A DNA stretch of 64,000 bases from Camelus ferus (GCF_009834535.1 NC_045698.1:6140001-6204000), one strand, 5' to 3'. Positions 1-13,250 are shown, numbered from the stretch's first letter. Made by a program: numbers and translations. The notes: generated by a model not told the origin, from the letters alone.

Positions 1-89
1 CAGTGCTTCATGATAGGTAACTGTATCCCCTAAGGCTGTTTCCTCTCCCCTCTACGATGATTATTTCCACCCGTTGCTCCCCTCCAAAG

Positions 90-290
90 TGGAAGCTAAG
101 GAGGAAGTAGGGTTCAGCAAGCATTTGAATCCTACCTCCACTATTTATTTGGCTTGGGCAAATTTCAGAGCTTCTAGGAGCTTAAGATTCCTCACTTGTA
201 AAATGGAGAAAATAACATTTCCTTCAGGGTTGCCATAAGGATTAGAGACAATCAATAGAAAGCGCTAGTCACACTTGACGTGACATGTAA
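90..290 (+). mobile_element. MIR SINE fragment
   Basis: MIR core-like text ttcctcacttgtaaaatggagaaaataaca...cagggttgccataaggatta; recalled consensus. Confidence 0.7.
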
Positions 291-1894
291 ATGGTGAAAG
301 CGTTACCAGGTCCCCCTTGTCAATTAACTCTCAAGGAAGGCAGCCTCACTTCTCACGAACAGGGTAAACAGGGGCCATGAAGTAAGACCTTTCTCAACAT
401 CCTGCAAGACCACTTAGTTAACTACTCATTTATTCTCCCTTCTCTTTTGTTGCATATTGTCCCTGCCCCCCTATAATGTAAATTTCCTGCCTTTATTTCA
501 ATGACTACATTTCCTTAACCAACCCCAACTCTATTTTTTCTTTAATTTCCACTGTTCATTGGTTCATACTCATTGGCTTTCAAACTAGTTTATACAGTAC
601 AAAAACAACAATTTTCCCCAAAGGAAAATTTTGTGGCTTAGATCTTCTGTCCAAAACCATATTTCCTCCCTTATTATCACATCCTTTCTGTGATTTCAAA
701 GGCTGTGGTTTTTACTAAGGTGTGCCCTTGGAAGTGAACAGGTCAGAGGGTTTTCACCCTTGATTCTGCTGGAGTTGCTGGTTTCATCATCCTGGGCCAC
801 TCCGTTTGGTGTCTCAACATCGTTTTTGAGCATATGCATGCTCCTTCAAATCCCAGTGCTATCTGGAAGCCTCCGGTGTCCCAGATCTGTCACTGACATC
901 TTTTTCCAGATTCCAAAACCTCATTGCTATTGTTGCTCCTTTTGTATTTTGTGGTTTTTTTTTTTTTAAACTAAATCTATTGGTGATTTCTGGAGGAAAT
1001 AGATTTATTTCTTATAGCTTGAATTCCATCTTTCAACTTATCCTAGCAATTGTGTATAATTTTTAATATGAGTGCAAAGTGACTCTCCTTTGTAAGTGGT
1101 TCTGGAAAGTTGAAATGGGCAAAGAAAATTTACCCATGACAGCCTGGATTGCCTTCTCATTATTTAGGTAAAAAACAACCTGAACTCTTCAGAACTACAC
1201 ATAATGGACAAAATGGTGTTTTATATAACAAATTAAACATATCCCAAAGCAGCACCACTAATGCATCTAAATCCCTGCTATTGAAATGTTAAATTAAAGA
1301 ATCAACTAATATCTTACATATTAAGATGCAAAATTGAAAACTTACCTATAAAATATATAAATTGGTTAAAAAGAATTATCTAAAGCTTCTGTGTGAGGAG
1401 GATAATTATTGGTAAATTCGCAGCTCTTAAGGCATTTGTTGTGGACAGTTGATCCGATGAACATTTGAGGGGAGTTTTATGATCCCTATTTTTGTTACCC
1501 AGTTAAACTTCTCCTAAAAATACAATCAGAAATTTATGAGAAAGGAATCAGAACTCATTAAAGAGTAAAGCTGATATCAAATTTCTAATTTATGGACTTT
1601 CAAAATTTTAGCCTTCTGCCCTTTTTATTGATTAAAATGCTTATTCTTTGCTAATCTACACGGACACATTACTGAACTCTAATTTGTCCTTGCTAAACAC
1701 ATCTGAAAGTAAAGGCGTCAGCCACACTAAACGACACCTACTTTTAAGGTTTTGTGTTAAATATATCTACACGCCAACTGTACTTACATCAATAGCTTTA
1801 TCCATGTTTAATCATTTCCTTGGACTTATACTTCTAGCAATATGGCAGATTAAACAGAAACAATTAGGTTTTGAGTGAATTGGAACAAATATAT

Positions 1895-2205
1895 TTTATT
1901 TATTTTTTTCTTTCAGCTTTACTGAGATATAAATGACACACAGCACTGTATAAGTTTAAGGTGAACAGCGTGATGATTTGACTTGCATATGTCTTGACAT
2001 GATTATCAAAATAAATTTAGTGAACTTCCACAAATCTCAAATAGATACAAAAGAAAAGAAAAAAATTTCCTTGTGATGAGACCACTTAGCATTGACCCTC
2101 TTAACAACTTTCATATATAGTATGCAATAGTGTTCATTACTTTAATCATGTTGTTCATTATAGACCCTGAGTATTTATTTATCTTATAACTGGAAGTTTG
2201 TACCA
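1895..2205 (-). mobile_element. L1 (L1MA-type) 3' UTR fragment
   Basis: T-rich tail then cagctttactgagatataaatgaca...tataagtttaaggtg, the antisense L1 3' end. Confidence 0.75.
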
Positions 2206-2209
2206 TTCA

Positions 2210-2642
2210 TCCAGCTGGGAAGACTCAAAATTGAGGTGACTTTAGAATAATCTGGGAGCATATTTACTCACATGGCTGGTGGGTAATACCTGGTTATCAG
2301 CTTGTACTCACATTGGGCTGACAACCAGACCAACTGCATAGGACCTCTGCACATGGGGTTTTATCTGTGCATCCCACAGGAGAAAACATTTGGGATTCCT
2401 CGTAGTGTGGAGGCTGGGCTCTGAGAGCAAGTGTTCCAAGAGTGTGTCATTGTTATGACGTAGCCTTGAAAGTCAGCTAGCATCACATGTGCTCTGTTCT
2501 AGTGGTTGAGACAGTCACAAAGATCAAACCAATTTCAAGCTCAGGGAGCATATATGCCCCCCACTACCAGATGGGTTGAACTGTCAAGGTCACATTACAG
2601 AAGAACATGTTGTGCCATCTTTAGAAAACACACTGCGTCACA
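2210..2642 (-). mobile_element. MaLR LTR (MLT1H/G-like)
   Basis: tttactcacatggctgg...gccttgaaagtca...gtcacattacagaagaacatg...gccatctttagaaaa, typical of antisense MLT1. Confidence 0.7.
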
Positions 2643-2644
2643 GA

Positions 2645-3135
2645 GGATAAAATCCATTGAGAGAGGCTGAAAAAGTCTAACATATGAATAATCAGAATCC
2701 CAGAAAGGAAGAAGATAGCGGCAGAGAAGAAATTTTCAAACAGAAAGCAATTGAGAATTTTTCACAAGAATGGAATACATGAATCTACCAGGAATCACAG
2801 TTTATACCAGTAAGGATGTTTTAAAGAGAGAGTGTACCTTTCCATATTTAATAAAAGATTCAAACAAAAGAAAAAAAATGGAGGAAATTCTTAGGACAAA
2901 AGAAGAATAGAAGAATCACCTAATAAAATAAGGGATGGCTCCTCAGGCACAAAAACAGAAGCCAAAAGGCAGGAAACTATGTCACCAAAGTGCTGAGAAA
3001 AAACAGCTCTCACCCTGACACTGTCTTTGGAGCAACACTGCATTTCATTAATGAAGGTGAGCTATATTTCAGGTCATCAAAAACTGAAAAAAATTACCAT
3101 CTGTCAATCTCTACTGAAGAATTTTAAAGGATGTA
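2645..3135 (+). mobile_element. Old L1/HAL1 ORF1 remnant
   Basis: A-rich degenerate ORF1-like text (tctaacatatgaataatcagaatcccagaaagg; aaagtgctgagaaaaaac). Confidence 0.55.
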
Positions 3136-3144
3136 TATTTTTGT

Positions 3145-3820
3145 AATTTTTTAGCTTTACTGAGGTAAAATTGCCATACAGGAATTGTATCTATTGAAGG
3201 TGTACAACTTGATGTTTTGATACATGTATACATTAAGAAATGATCCACATAATCAAGCTAACTAGTGTATTCATCACCTCAGTTAGTTACCTTTTTTTTT
3301 TTTTTTTCCTTATCAATTGATTTTCGCCACTTCTCAATTCATAATTTTTTGGTTTGGGCTCGATTCTATTATGATGTTTTTCAATTAAGACTCAACTTTT
3401 TAGGAAATAAAATTCAAGGCAAAACTGGGAGGAAGGCCAGAGATTCCCCAAATACACCTTGTTCTCCCATATTCGTAGCCTCCTCCATTACCAGCATTCC
3501 CCTCCAGGGCAGTACATTTGTTACAACAGGTGAAACTATATTGACACATGATAATTACCCAAATGTCATATTTTACATCATAGTTCACTCTTGTTGCTTT
3601 GCTTTCTATGGGTTTGAACAAATGTATAATATGTACCCATCATTATAGTTTATACAAAGTATTTTCACTGGCTTAAAAGTCCTCTGTGCTCTGCCTATCC
3701 ACCCCCCTATCCCCAACCTCTAAACCCTAGCAGCCACTAATCTTTTCACTGTCTCCATAGTTTTGACTTTTCCAGAATTTCATATACATGGAATCATACA
3801 CTCTGCAGCATTTTCAGATA
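3145..3820 (-). mobile_element. Two adjacent L1 3' UTR fragments (L1MA-like 3145-3300, L1MC-like 3385-3820)
   Basis: tttactgaggtaaaattg...tgtacaacttgatg; acatttgttacaac...ccactaatcttttcactgtctccatagttttg. Confidence 0.7.
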
Positions 3821-4140
3821 TATATGTTTTTCATAATTAGTAGGTGCTTTTAAATGGGTGTCTGGGTTGGTGACCTCAGGAAACAAACAAGGAGAGAGGA
3901 TCTGGAAGAGGTTCTTCTTTGAGGCATGGGAAGCACTGTTATGGATACTGTCTTACAACACAGGGAAGGACGTTACCAATCATTCTTTATACTGTGCTTG
4001 TAAATATGTAGAACGGAGCCAGGGCTAATCTCTGTTGAAGCTCTGCTGTATTTTCCAAGTTTAATTCATCTCTCAGTATATCAACAACAAAACAGGATCA
4101 ACTCTTGTTTTCACCTTTCCCTTACTGGAGTCTTTATCTT

Positions 4141-4154
4141 GTTACCATGGCAAC
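4141..4154. promoter_or_regulatory. RFX X-box motif GTTACCATGGCAAC
   Basis: 14 bp near-perfect palindrome matching the RFX consensus GTTNCCATGGNAAC, in non-repeat sequence; function untested. Confidence 0.55.
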
Positions 4155-4625
4155 TCATTCCATAGATCTGATAATAATTAAAAACTAACCAGGACAGCCT
4201 CCTCACCTACTGGATTGGGAAATAAACCCTCCAAAGTACAAAGACAGGTAAACACTAAGCCAGCTGCCAAAAAAATGTTTAAAGTTGTACAACTCCCTGT
4301 AAGGAGGAAATATATTAAAGATAAAATTGTTTGAGCATTTAATGGTTAATTCTGCTAAAAAAAAAAGTCCTTGTTGACCACAATGTGAATTAATAACATA
4401 TTTTACTTGACTCAGAATTATTATATGGATTTGGGGTCTGGTTATGCTTTGTATTTAGAGAAGTAAGATGACAATTTGCCAGGTATTAATCTTTTGAACA
4501 CATAGGAAAATATACCGTACGAAGGACAAGTCCATGTTCACTCTCCTTACTCTTAATCTCCAACCACTGGTAGCCAGTCCAGTTCCTTCTCTATAAAAAA
4601 AGCAATTTTAACTGGGTGTGTGTGT

Positions 4626-4644
4626 GGGTGGGTGGGTGGGTGGG
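4626..4644 (+). repeat. (GGGT)n run, G-quadruplex-capable
   Basis: gggtgggtgggtgggtggg: five G3 tracts with 1-nt loops. Confidence 0.8.
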
Positions 4645-4654
4645 AATATATATC

Positions 4655-4840
4655 AGAACTCCTTGACCTGGCATTGTTGACGTCTGGGGCTAGATCATTC
4701 TTTGCCGTGAAGTGCTGTCCTGCAGAATGTTTACAAGCATCTTGACCTCTGCCCACTAGAGGCTTCTAGCATCCACCCCCATCTCAGCTCTGTCAAACAA
4801 AACCCTGTCTAGACAATGCCAACAGAGCCTGCTGTCCCAG
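4655..4840. mobile_element. MER20-like hAT-Charlie DNA transposon
   Basis: ggcattgttgacgtctggggctagatcattctttg...ctctgcccactaga...tgtctagacaatgcca. Confidence 0.7.
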
Positions 4841-5164
4841 AGCAATCTTCTTGACCTTATTTTCGTTCCACTCCACCCATACTTCAATGAGCATGGGTCT
4901 CCTGCAAAAAGGTTCAGATCTCAGCTTACACCTGAGATGGTAACAGGCCAGAAAAAGCTCCCGCAACCATGATTGTGGGGGCATATTCAAGAATTTCAAA
5001 ACTGCCACAGCAGGATTGGCTCCGTGCACCCTCGCAGCATCTCTGCATATGCCACAGGAGGTGGAAGTTCCCATACATGGACTGAGTGTGTTGCAATCTC
5101 TCTAAAGTGGAGAATGGCTGAAACTCTTACTATGAAAGATCAGAAAAAATTTTTCAAATTAAGC

Positions 5165-6500
5165 CCGACTTTCATACACTGCTGATAATGTAAGTTGGTG
5201 CATCTTCTATGGAAGGTAATTTGGAAGTATATATCAGAATTGTTAAGTGCATATGACCTTCAGTCTAACAATTCTGTATCTAACGTATTCTGTCAATCTG
5301 CTTGCATACGTGTAAAATGATATATTTGCAAATATTCTCAAAGAAGCTTTGCTGGTGATCGCAAAATATGGGAGGCAACCTAAATATTCTCACAAGTGTG
5401 ATCATGTTAATAGATTATATCCATAAAACAGACCTGTAATAAAATCATACTTCATTGTAGATCCACTTATATTTTGTGAATTTTAAATTGTGTGAATATA
5501 CCACCCAGACAAAAATGAAATATAATGAGCCAATATTCTTGTAGAATAAGCGAGAATACCTAGTTATGTAGCAAAAGCCCATTGATATTAGTATCACTTT
5601 AATTTAAAATATATTTTATCTTAACATATGTGAGATAGAAAAAATTATATTTTGAAAACCATTTTCAATTAGATTAATTGAAATACGGGTAATAAACCCA
5701 CTGACATTGTGGTAACATTCCAATACTTCTGTTCCTGCTTCTTCCATTAGTCTTATTAGCCTGGGAAACAGCAGAAACGAAAGGACCTAAGAAAATTAGC
5801 AAAGTGTGAGCAGCTTCACAACCTTTGCCAGCAGCTGATTTTTTTCTGTTTTTAAGGGGGATGAGGTCATTCTTATAAGTGTGCAGTAATGTGATTTTAA
5901 TGTGTAATTCCCTAATAACTAAATATGTTAAGGAAACTTGTTTATCACCTGTATCACTTTGGTTTCCATTTTTGTTTTTATTGTTTTGTTTTATTGTGTC
6001 TTTTTTTCCTTTGTCATTTGGAGTTCCTTCCATATTCTGGTTACCAATTCTTCATCAGGAATATGTTTTGGAAATATTTTCTGCCACTCTTTGGTTTTCA
6101 TTTCCATTAAAGTGTTTGAAAAAGCACACATTTAAAATACTGATTAATGACACTTATCTATTCTTTTCTTCTATGGTTCCTGCATCTTTTCTGGGTTACT
6201 TGGAGCCTGTTCTGTACAAGCACAGTTAAGGGGGCAGCCAATAATTGGGGAAGATGAGACAGAACTTATTGTTCCCCCTCTTTGGCTCTATCACGTACAG
6301 AATTTTCTCCTTCACTCTCCTCTGATATTTCGGCCAGTAAAACTGTAGATTTTTACCAGAAATTTAGCCACTTCACATGGGAACAACTGTGGTCTGCCAT
6401 CAGGAAATAAACAACAAACTGGGAAACTAACTCAGTGTCATTACTTTCTTTCCAGTGTCAACATTCCTCCCACCTTGCTTTGGGTTGGTTTAGTTACTTT
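5165..6500. mobile_element. Mosaic of old L1ME/L1M fragments (+ strand 5165-5430; - strand 5830-6500)
   Basis: catacactgctgataatgtaagttggtg on +; gtgattttaatgtgtaattccctaataactaa on -. Confidence 0.55.
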
Positions 6501-7823
6501 GGACTTGTTTCTTTCTTCCCCCCCCCCCCAGTTGTTTATTATTATCCTAGGATGAGTTATTCCAATACAAGCTATTTCGTTATTACCTGAAGAAGACATC
6601 CTTTTGGTGGTTTTACTTCTGGGGAAAGAAGATTTTACCACTAAGTATATTAAAAGGAATTTATTTCAAGAAAGTCAGTAAAGGAAGAGCAAATTTATAA
6701 TTTCCCAATGATAAATAACATAACACGAAAGTGCAATGATATAACTATGTAAGCAGAATTGACAGTTTTTTATTCTAAATTTACTTCTAAAAAAAGTAAT
6801 TCATGAGCATTCCAAATGTGTGGGGTTTTTTGTTTGTTTTTTGGAAAATGGGTCTATATTCTTTAAAAGTGCATAAAGTGAGGGACTATTGCTAGAAAAA
6901 AAAGAATGATAATTGGACTGGGAATGATGGTAAGTGTAAATTGAAGAAAGAAGAATTAAAGAAAGCAACTTTATTTATTTCAGTTCTCCAGTGAATTTCT
7001 CATTTTGCATTACCAGTCACAAAGAAAATCAATTTAATGCATGATTAAAATTTTGAAATGTTCCTAATTGTTTTGTTCTTCACAGAATTCTAAAGTGCAT
7101 TATGCTAATAAAATTCATGCCATAACTATTATTACTATGCAAAGATGAAAAGAAGTATACTTTTTTTGCACCATCCAGAAATAACATACACTGTTTTCAG
7201 TCCTCCTCAGGCAGCTATTAGAAATGTGCCTGTATATTTTCAAAGTGTTTCTGAATTGATATAATAATAATTATTTTCTGCTCTGTGACATATGTTTTAA
7301 GTTTAGTCAATGGAGTTGAAATGTAAATACTTCCAGATTTGTGTCCATTCAATTAATACTTGTAAATATCTTAGTACATAAAACAAAAAGTTACTATTTT
7401 TAGAAGCATGACAAATTCTTTTGATTTTCAAAATGATAAAAACATAGCTAATGCATACATTTTTAATCTCAGAGAAATAACAACATATGGCATATAATAG
7501 TAAATTACTATTTATATGAAATTCTCCTACTTTAAAAAAATCGAGGCATATATCATGACATTCAATATTCACAGTGATGTTTCTAAGGTCCTGCAAAATT
7601 TTGACTCTTAGGTAAATCAATGCTTCTCAACCTGCCAGCATCCCAATCAATGAAGAACTTCTGAAAATAAGACTCAGTCATAAATACGTTTTTAAAAAAT
7701 TTCCCTAATCATAATGTATAAACAAAATTAATAATTACTAATAAAGCTCACCAAAAAGAGGTGCTTATTATATCTCAAATGTTGTTTTTCTGATAAATAT
7801 ATGTATATAGGTACATATTTAAA

Positions 7824-8990
7824 CTATTCTCTTTGCTTTTCCATTTTGGTTATTTCTAATAACATATCCTCAAACTCAGAGATTCTTTCCTCAACCGTGG
7901 TCCATAGATTAACGAGTCCAACAAGGAATTCTTTGTTTCTGTTGCATTGTTTTCGTTCTCTAGCCTTGTGTTTTGATTTCTTTCTTAGAATGCTCCCCTC
8001 TCTGCTCACATTCTCCACACGTTCTTGCATGTTGCTCACTCTTTCCATCAGCGCCCTTATTATATAGATCATAGTTGTCTTAAATTCACAGGCTGACAAT
8101 TCCCACATCCCTACCATTCCTGGGTCTGGGTCTGAAGCCTTCTCTGACTCATTAAATTGTGTTTTTTACCTTTTTCTTTGCCTTATAATTTTTTTGAAAT
8201 GTGGACATGATGTACTGGGTAAGAGGAATGCGGCCATGGGCCTTCAGGAAGGTAGTGGTGAGGTGTCGGCGAGGGGCAGTGTGCTACGGTGCTGACTAGC
8301 CCTCAGCCTTCTGGTGAGTGCACACTCTTGGGCCGTGAACTTCCGTCAGTGCTTCTCAGCTATTACTTCCCTCCCAGGTGGGACAGGATGGACAGAGGGT
8401 CTGGACGTGGATGTGTCTCTCTCCTCGTGTTCAAGGCTGGCGAGAGCTAGACTTGGGCACTTCTCTTCCCCAGGGCTTGTGAGACACATAAGAATCCAGC
8501 AAGGTCGACTCTGGTAAAATAATTCATCTCGAGGGCAGACCTGGTTAAGGATGCTCTCGTGCATTTACTTTTCCTCTCTCCCGGCTGGAAAACTAAGGGC
8601 ATTTTCCTCAGATCTTCACTGTGAGAATCTGTTAGAGTTCAGGAAGTAAAACCCAAAAGCCTTGGGGATCCTCATGCTCTCTGTGAAGTTTTAACTCGCA
8701 GATCTGTCCACACTTAGTCCCCACAATCTGGCAGTTACGGTCCTTGTCCTCCTACCCTAGCGTGGCTCCCTGCGAGGTGTCTGCTCCTGCTCCCGGGTTT
8801 CTGTGCAGGTTAGCCTGGGAGTCTCTGCGTCTGCCGCTCTGTTTCTCCAATTTTGAAGGCAGTGGTTTGTCCTGTGACCACACTTCTCTGAGGGATCAAA
8901 GAAGAGTTGCTGATTTTTGAGATGTTCAGTTTTTCACTTGTTGTTAGGAAGCAGTGATGAATTTCTGAACTCACGTGCAGAAAACAGGAC
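7824..8990 (-). mobile_element. L1M ORF1 coiled-coil remnant plus 5' UTR
   Basis: ORF 7824-8117 (RALMERVSNMQE...VEERISEFEDMLLEITKMEKQRE) is L1 ORF1p-like; the adjacent sequence is L1M 5'-region-like. Confidence 0.75.
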
Positions 8991-9922
8991 CCTCGAATTC
9001 AGTTTTGATTTGTATGCTACTTCATAGAGTAACCTTCAGACAGGTAAGGGAAGGAATAAATTTTAAATATAAACTCACTTTTAAATATTGTCATTGAAGT
9101 GCCATGAGATGTATGTACGGGTTTCTCGGTTGTTCTATTTATTTTTTCAAGTGTGATGTATATGGTATGAAAGAAAAACATATGCAGTTAAGCATTTATC
9201 AGTCCTGGTGTTGAATATAAGTTCACTGAACACTACATTATGCTGTTAGACAACATTAAAGTGTAAGTTACAGGATTATATCCAGTGTCATATTATTAAA
9301 TACCTTTGAAATGGAAAATTTTTTACTTTGTGGAGTTTTTACTCACCTAGTATGACTTTTCAGCAGAAAAGGAAGGTATGAAATCCGGATCCCTCACAAA
9401 TCTTGGTTTTCTTTAAGAGATGCCCCCCTGCAATCAGGCATCAAATCAATAATCAAGAGGTTTTAATGGACAACATCATGTTAATTTTAAGAACAGGTTT
9501 AAGAAAGGAAGACATTTCTGATATTAGAGAAATGTACTGAGTTTGTGGCTAGTGTTCCTGTAGAGCTGGGGCCACAGGAAAAGGAGACGTTTCCACCCCA
9601 GGCCACTCTTCACTGTGGATGGATCCAGGTCAGAGGAACTGCTCTGAGAAGGCCTGTTGCACCATCTTTTTAAAAGATCCTGTCACATCTAATCACAGCC
9701 TGATGTGAAGTGATGTGTTGAAGAAATTTTTGTTTTAATTTTTAAGCTTTTGAAGCAATATGTAAAGCAATCAGATTAATAATTTACTTAGTCTTTTAAA
9801 GTGGTGGTCATATGTGGAGATGTCATTACTGACTCACCCAAAAACCTCTCTGCACTTAAAAAAACAAGATGCAAATGTAAGTCCTCAACCTCTGGCCGCG
9901 CTCAGTGCTCTCTTATCCCTGA

Positions 9923-9927
9923 CTCTA

Positions 9928-9965
<38 letters not shown>

Positions 9966-9976
9966 ACACATGCACA
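9923..9976. repeat. (CT)n(CA)n microsatellite
   Basis: directly visible. Confidence 0.95.
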
Positions 9977-11994
9977 AACCAGAAAATCTAAATTCAGCAA
10001 TCAAAATTCATTCCCGCTTCATCTTACATTAATTCTTCATAGGTGTTAAAAAAAAAAGTTTATGTGGTGATCTCTGAGTTATTTGGATAAAAATTCAAAT
10101 TATTTTCTACTTACATTGTGCTAAATTGATTTAAATTAATAATTTAATTTAGTTATATTGTGTTATTGTGTAACCAGCTACACAAGGTAAATGATTTCTA
10201 CTCCGTTTGATCCTTCATATAGTGAACAAATAAGAAATGGGACTTTTAATATATACGTTTGCATCATTGAAAAAATGAAGATTTATTTTTAATATGAAAA
10301 CACTGAGAAATCTAAAAATTGACCTGAAATTCTGTCCAGAATTAACATAAGTAGTTATTTTATCATTCTATAGACAAAATATAGAACATTCAGGGTGAAA
10401 TACCCTATTATTATCAAAATTGCCCAATTTTATACCACAAAAACATTATTTCACTGAAACATGTAAGGGATAAAATTATTCTGTTTATGCTGCTCTTTGA
10501 CGAACAAACTAGGAAATATGTAATTGTAATTTAATATACAAAAAACAATTTACATGTATCAACATTTTTATCTAAGCTAATTGCCTGAATTTAATGATAT
10601 TTTCATTTTGTTTTAGCTATAAAGTCTCACTAAAAATATGACTTAAAATATATCATAAAATAGCAAATGTTAAAGTAAAAGCATATGTAATTAAAAAGAT
10701 TTTTGCAGAAAATCATCTATTATTGTACCAAGTATTTCTCAAGTTTCATGATATGTACTTCATAAGTTACCATTTATAACAGGGGAACAAACTCAGAAAA
10801 TCCATCCTAAATTATTTTTTCCCCACTGATTAATTACAGAGCTAAATGCTGATGCAGTTGGAATATTTCCTCCTTATATATATTTTTCCCTGAGGGTAGT
10901 TTGACGATATTTACACTTCAGTCAATAATTTAAAAAGCTTGCATCACAAAATATTCAAACTCAGACAGAACACACCAAGCAGCTCCCAGTTCACAGCTTT
11001 ACTTGTGGACTGACTGATCCATTGATTGATTCACACAACATCCACCTTCAGAGAGGTTTTAAGGAAACTCACATCAGCACACACAATGTAGTAAGATAAA
11101 ACACCATGGAACTCAGTGGACCTGGAGAACAGGCCGTTTTTTTACTCATACATCCTTATCAGGCACTGCTCCGCAGGTCACACAGTGCTAGTGAAGCACC
11201 CTAATTGTTTGACAGAGAAATAAAAGGATTCATCAAAGAGAACCTAACCACACTGAGTCACAGGCTGCAGAACGTTCTAGAACGTCACCTGTGGGAAGTC
11301 TGACCACTCACGGGGCTGCAACTTGGGCAGTTTTGCATCTGGCAGACATTTCACAGGCGGCCACCTGACCATCGTCATATTATACCTGCCTGCAGACTCT
11401 TACTCTGCTTCCTAAAGTGGGGGTGTGGTCTTCCTAACCACAAGCTCACACGGAAGAAGCAAGAATGGAATTTAAGTTGCCAGTGCTGTGGGAGCTTAGG
11501 AAAGGGCAACCAGGACACTAAAATGCTCCCTGCTGTGGACCTAGGCTGTGCCGCCGGCGGGGCAAACAGCCATCAGCCCCCTCAGCCCCGAAGGAGAAGG
11601 ACCACAGCCTCAGGCCAGGCCACCAGCACACTCGTTTTCTCAGGGAACTGATTCAAACAGAGCCTAGTCAAAGGGCTCTTTATGGCTACATACGACCTCT
11701 TGATTTGTCCTATTGGTAACATTTAAACTTCCAGTCAGTGAAATTATGCTCAAATTTAGTTTTATGAAAGTCCCCATTACTTTCCCAAATTTACTTGCTT
11801 CATAGATGTGTAATTTTATACCACTTCTCAAATGTGAGGCAAAATGAAAACTTTGACCGGATAAAAATTGTCCATTTTGACAAACCAGTGACTTACCCTT
11901 TTCTTTCCTAAATTCGATAGGACAAGTGAAGCCTAGGAATGTCATCAAACCTCTATGTTTTCCCCAAATTCTACTCTGCCTTCTTTACTCAGCC

Positions 11995-12330
11995 CACTGG
12001 TCAATGGATTATTCACCAGGTGCTTAGGGTGGGACCCGGGCTAGACCCCAAAGACACAAACCCTACAGGACCTACCGTGACCTAGATGGTCATAAAATTC
12101 TAGCTTCACTGGGGTAGATTGTCTAAACAAGTAAGTAAATAAATCGATAAGGGAATGATTCAAAACAGTGATGTCTGCTGTAAAAGCGGTAAATGGTGCT
12201 GAGACAGAGAGTACGAGCAGGTGGGAGTGGTGCCGAGTGAGCCGCACAAGCCCCAGCGAGGGCAGGCGCTGGGCTGGGCTGGGAAGGAATCCGGAGATGG
12301 AAGACCAGGGGGTTAGGAATTCCGGCTCAA
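11995..12330 (-). mobile_element. L2 fragment
   Basis: degenerate antisense L2 3' region (ccaggtgcttaggg...aaacaagtaagtaaataaat...gtgatgtctgctgtaaa). Confidence 0.5.
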
Positions 12331-12955
12331 GGACTCTGGGCTAATAGCCTCTGATCTGTTTTCTGACACTGTGACTATTTACCCTGGTCTACAGTACAGC
12401 AGGCGTGAGTATACAGAGACGGTCTGTTTACCTTCCCTTTTCTTTGCTGTCCCTTTTACAGTGCACGTCTCACCTCCGTTCCTAACCCAGCCTGCATTTC
12501 TCTCCATTCTGGAAGAACTCACTGGGCCTGACGCAGGACCCACATTACCTTTTAAGTCCTTTCTGATCTGAGGCCCGGGGAACCCCATACGCGAGCTCAT
12601 CTAAGACAGGAGGTGTGCTCTGCGCTAACACAGCCTTCAGTCCGGCCCCCGCGTGTGTCAGCAACACAGGAGTCCAGACCGCGGAGCTATCAAAGGAGGC
12701 AGCCACCGAGAGCACTGCCACTCCCACTTCCAGAGTCACACACCAGCACCTGGCCTGTGTCGGTTACAGGGATATTGCTGTACTGATGAGGGCACAGCCT
12801 TGTTATCTGAGGACCGGCCACCAAAGCTTCCAATCACAGATGACCCAGCTTCATCGACTCTTCTGTTGCTGACAACCTCATCTTCAAATTGTAGGTGTAA
12901 TGTACACTCACCCTCCACCCCACTACTGAGAGTTGTTTTATTTTCCCTATGAATC

Positions 12956-13250
12956 TGTGGTGGTGGCAGACTAATGCCCCTCAGAGATGTCTACATCCTG
13001 ATCCCCGGGTCCTGAGATTGTCACCTTACATGGCAAAGCAGGGGCTTTGTAGGTGTGATCGCGTGAAGGACCTTGAAATGGGGAGGTAATCCTGGATTTC
13101 CCGACTGGGTCCAGTCTAACGACATGAGAACTTGATGGCAGAGAACCTTTCCTGGTGTGGTCAGAGAAATACGTAACAGCATATTTCAGATCATATTATT
13201 GGATGAGAGAGATACAGCGTTCCTGGCTTGGAGGATGGAGGGAGGGTGTT
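12956..13250 (+). mobile_element. MLT1D-like MaLR LTR, truncated at the adjacent ERV LTR
   Basis: tgtggtggtggcagactaatgccc...gtcaccttacatggcaaa...ggaccttgaaatggggagg. Confidence 0.8.

Noticed and set aside
6925..7115. Plus-strand donor (6930), acceptor (7085) and AATAAA as a terminal exon
   Set aside because: AT-rich context makes such motifs common; the resulting last exon would be implausibly short and has no other support
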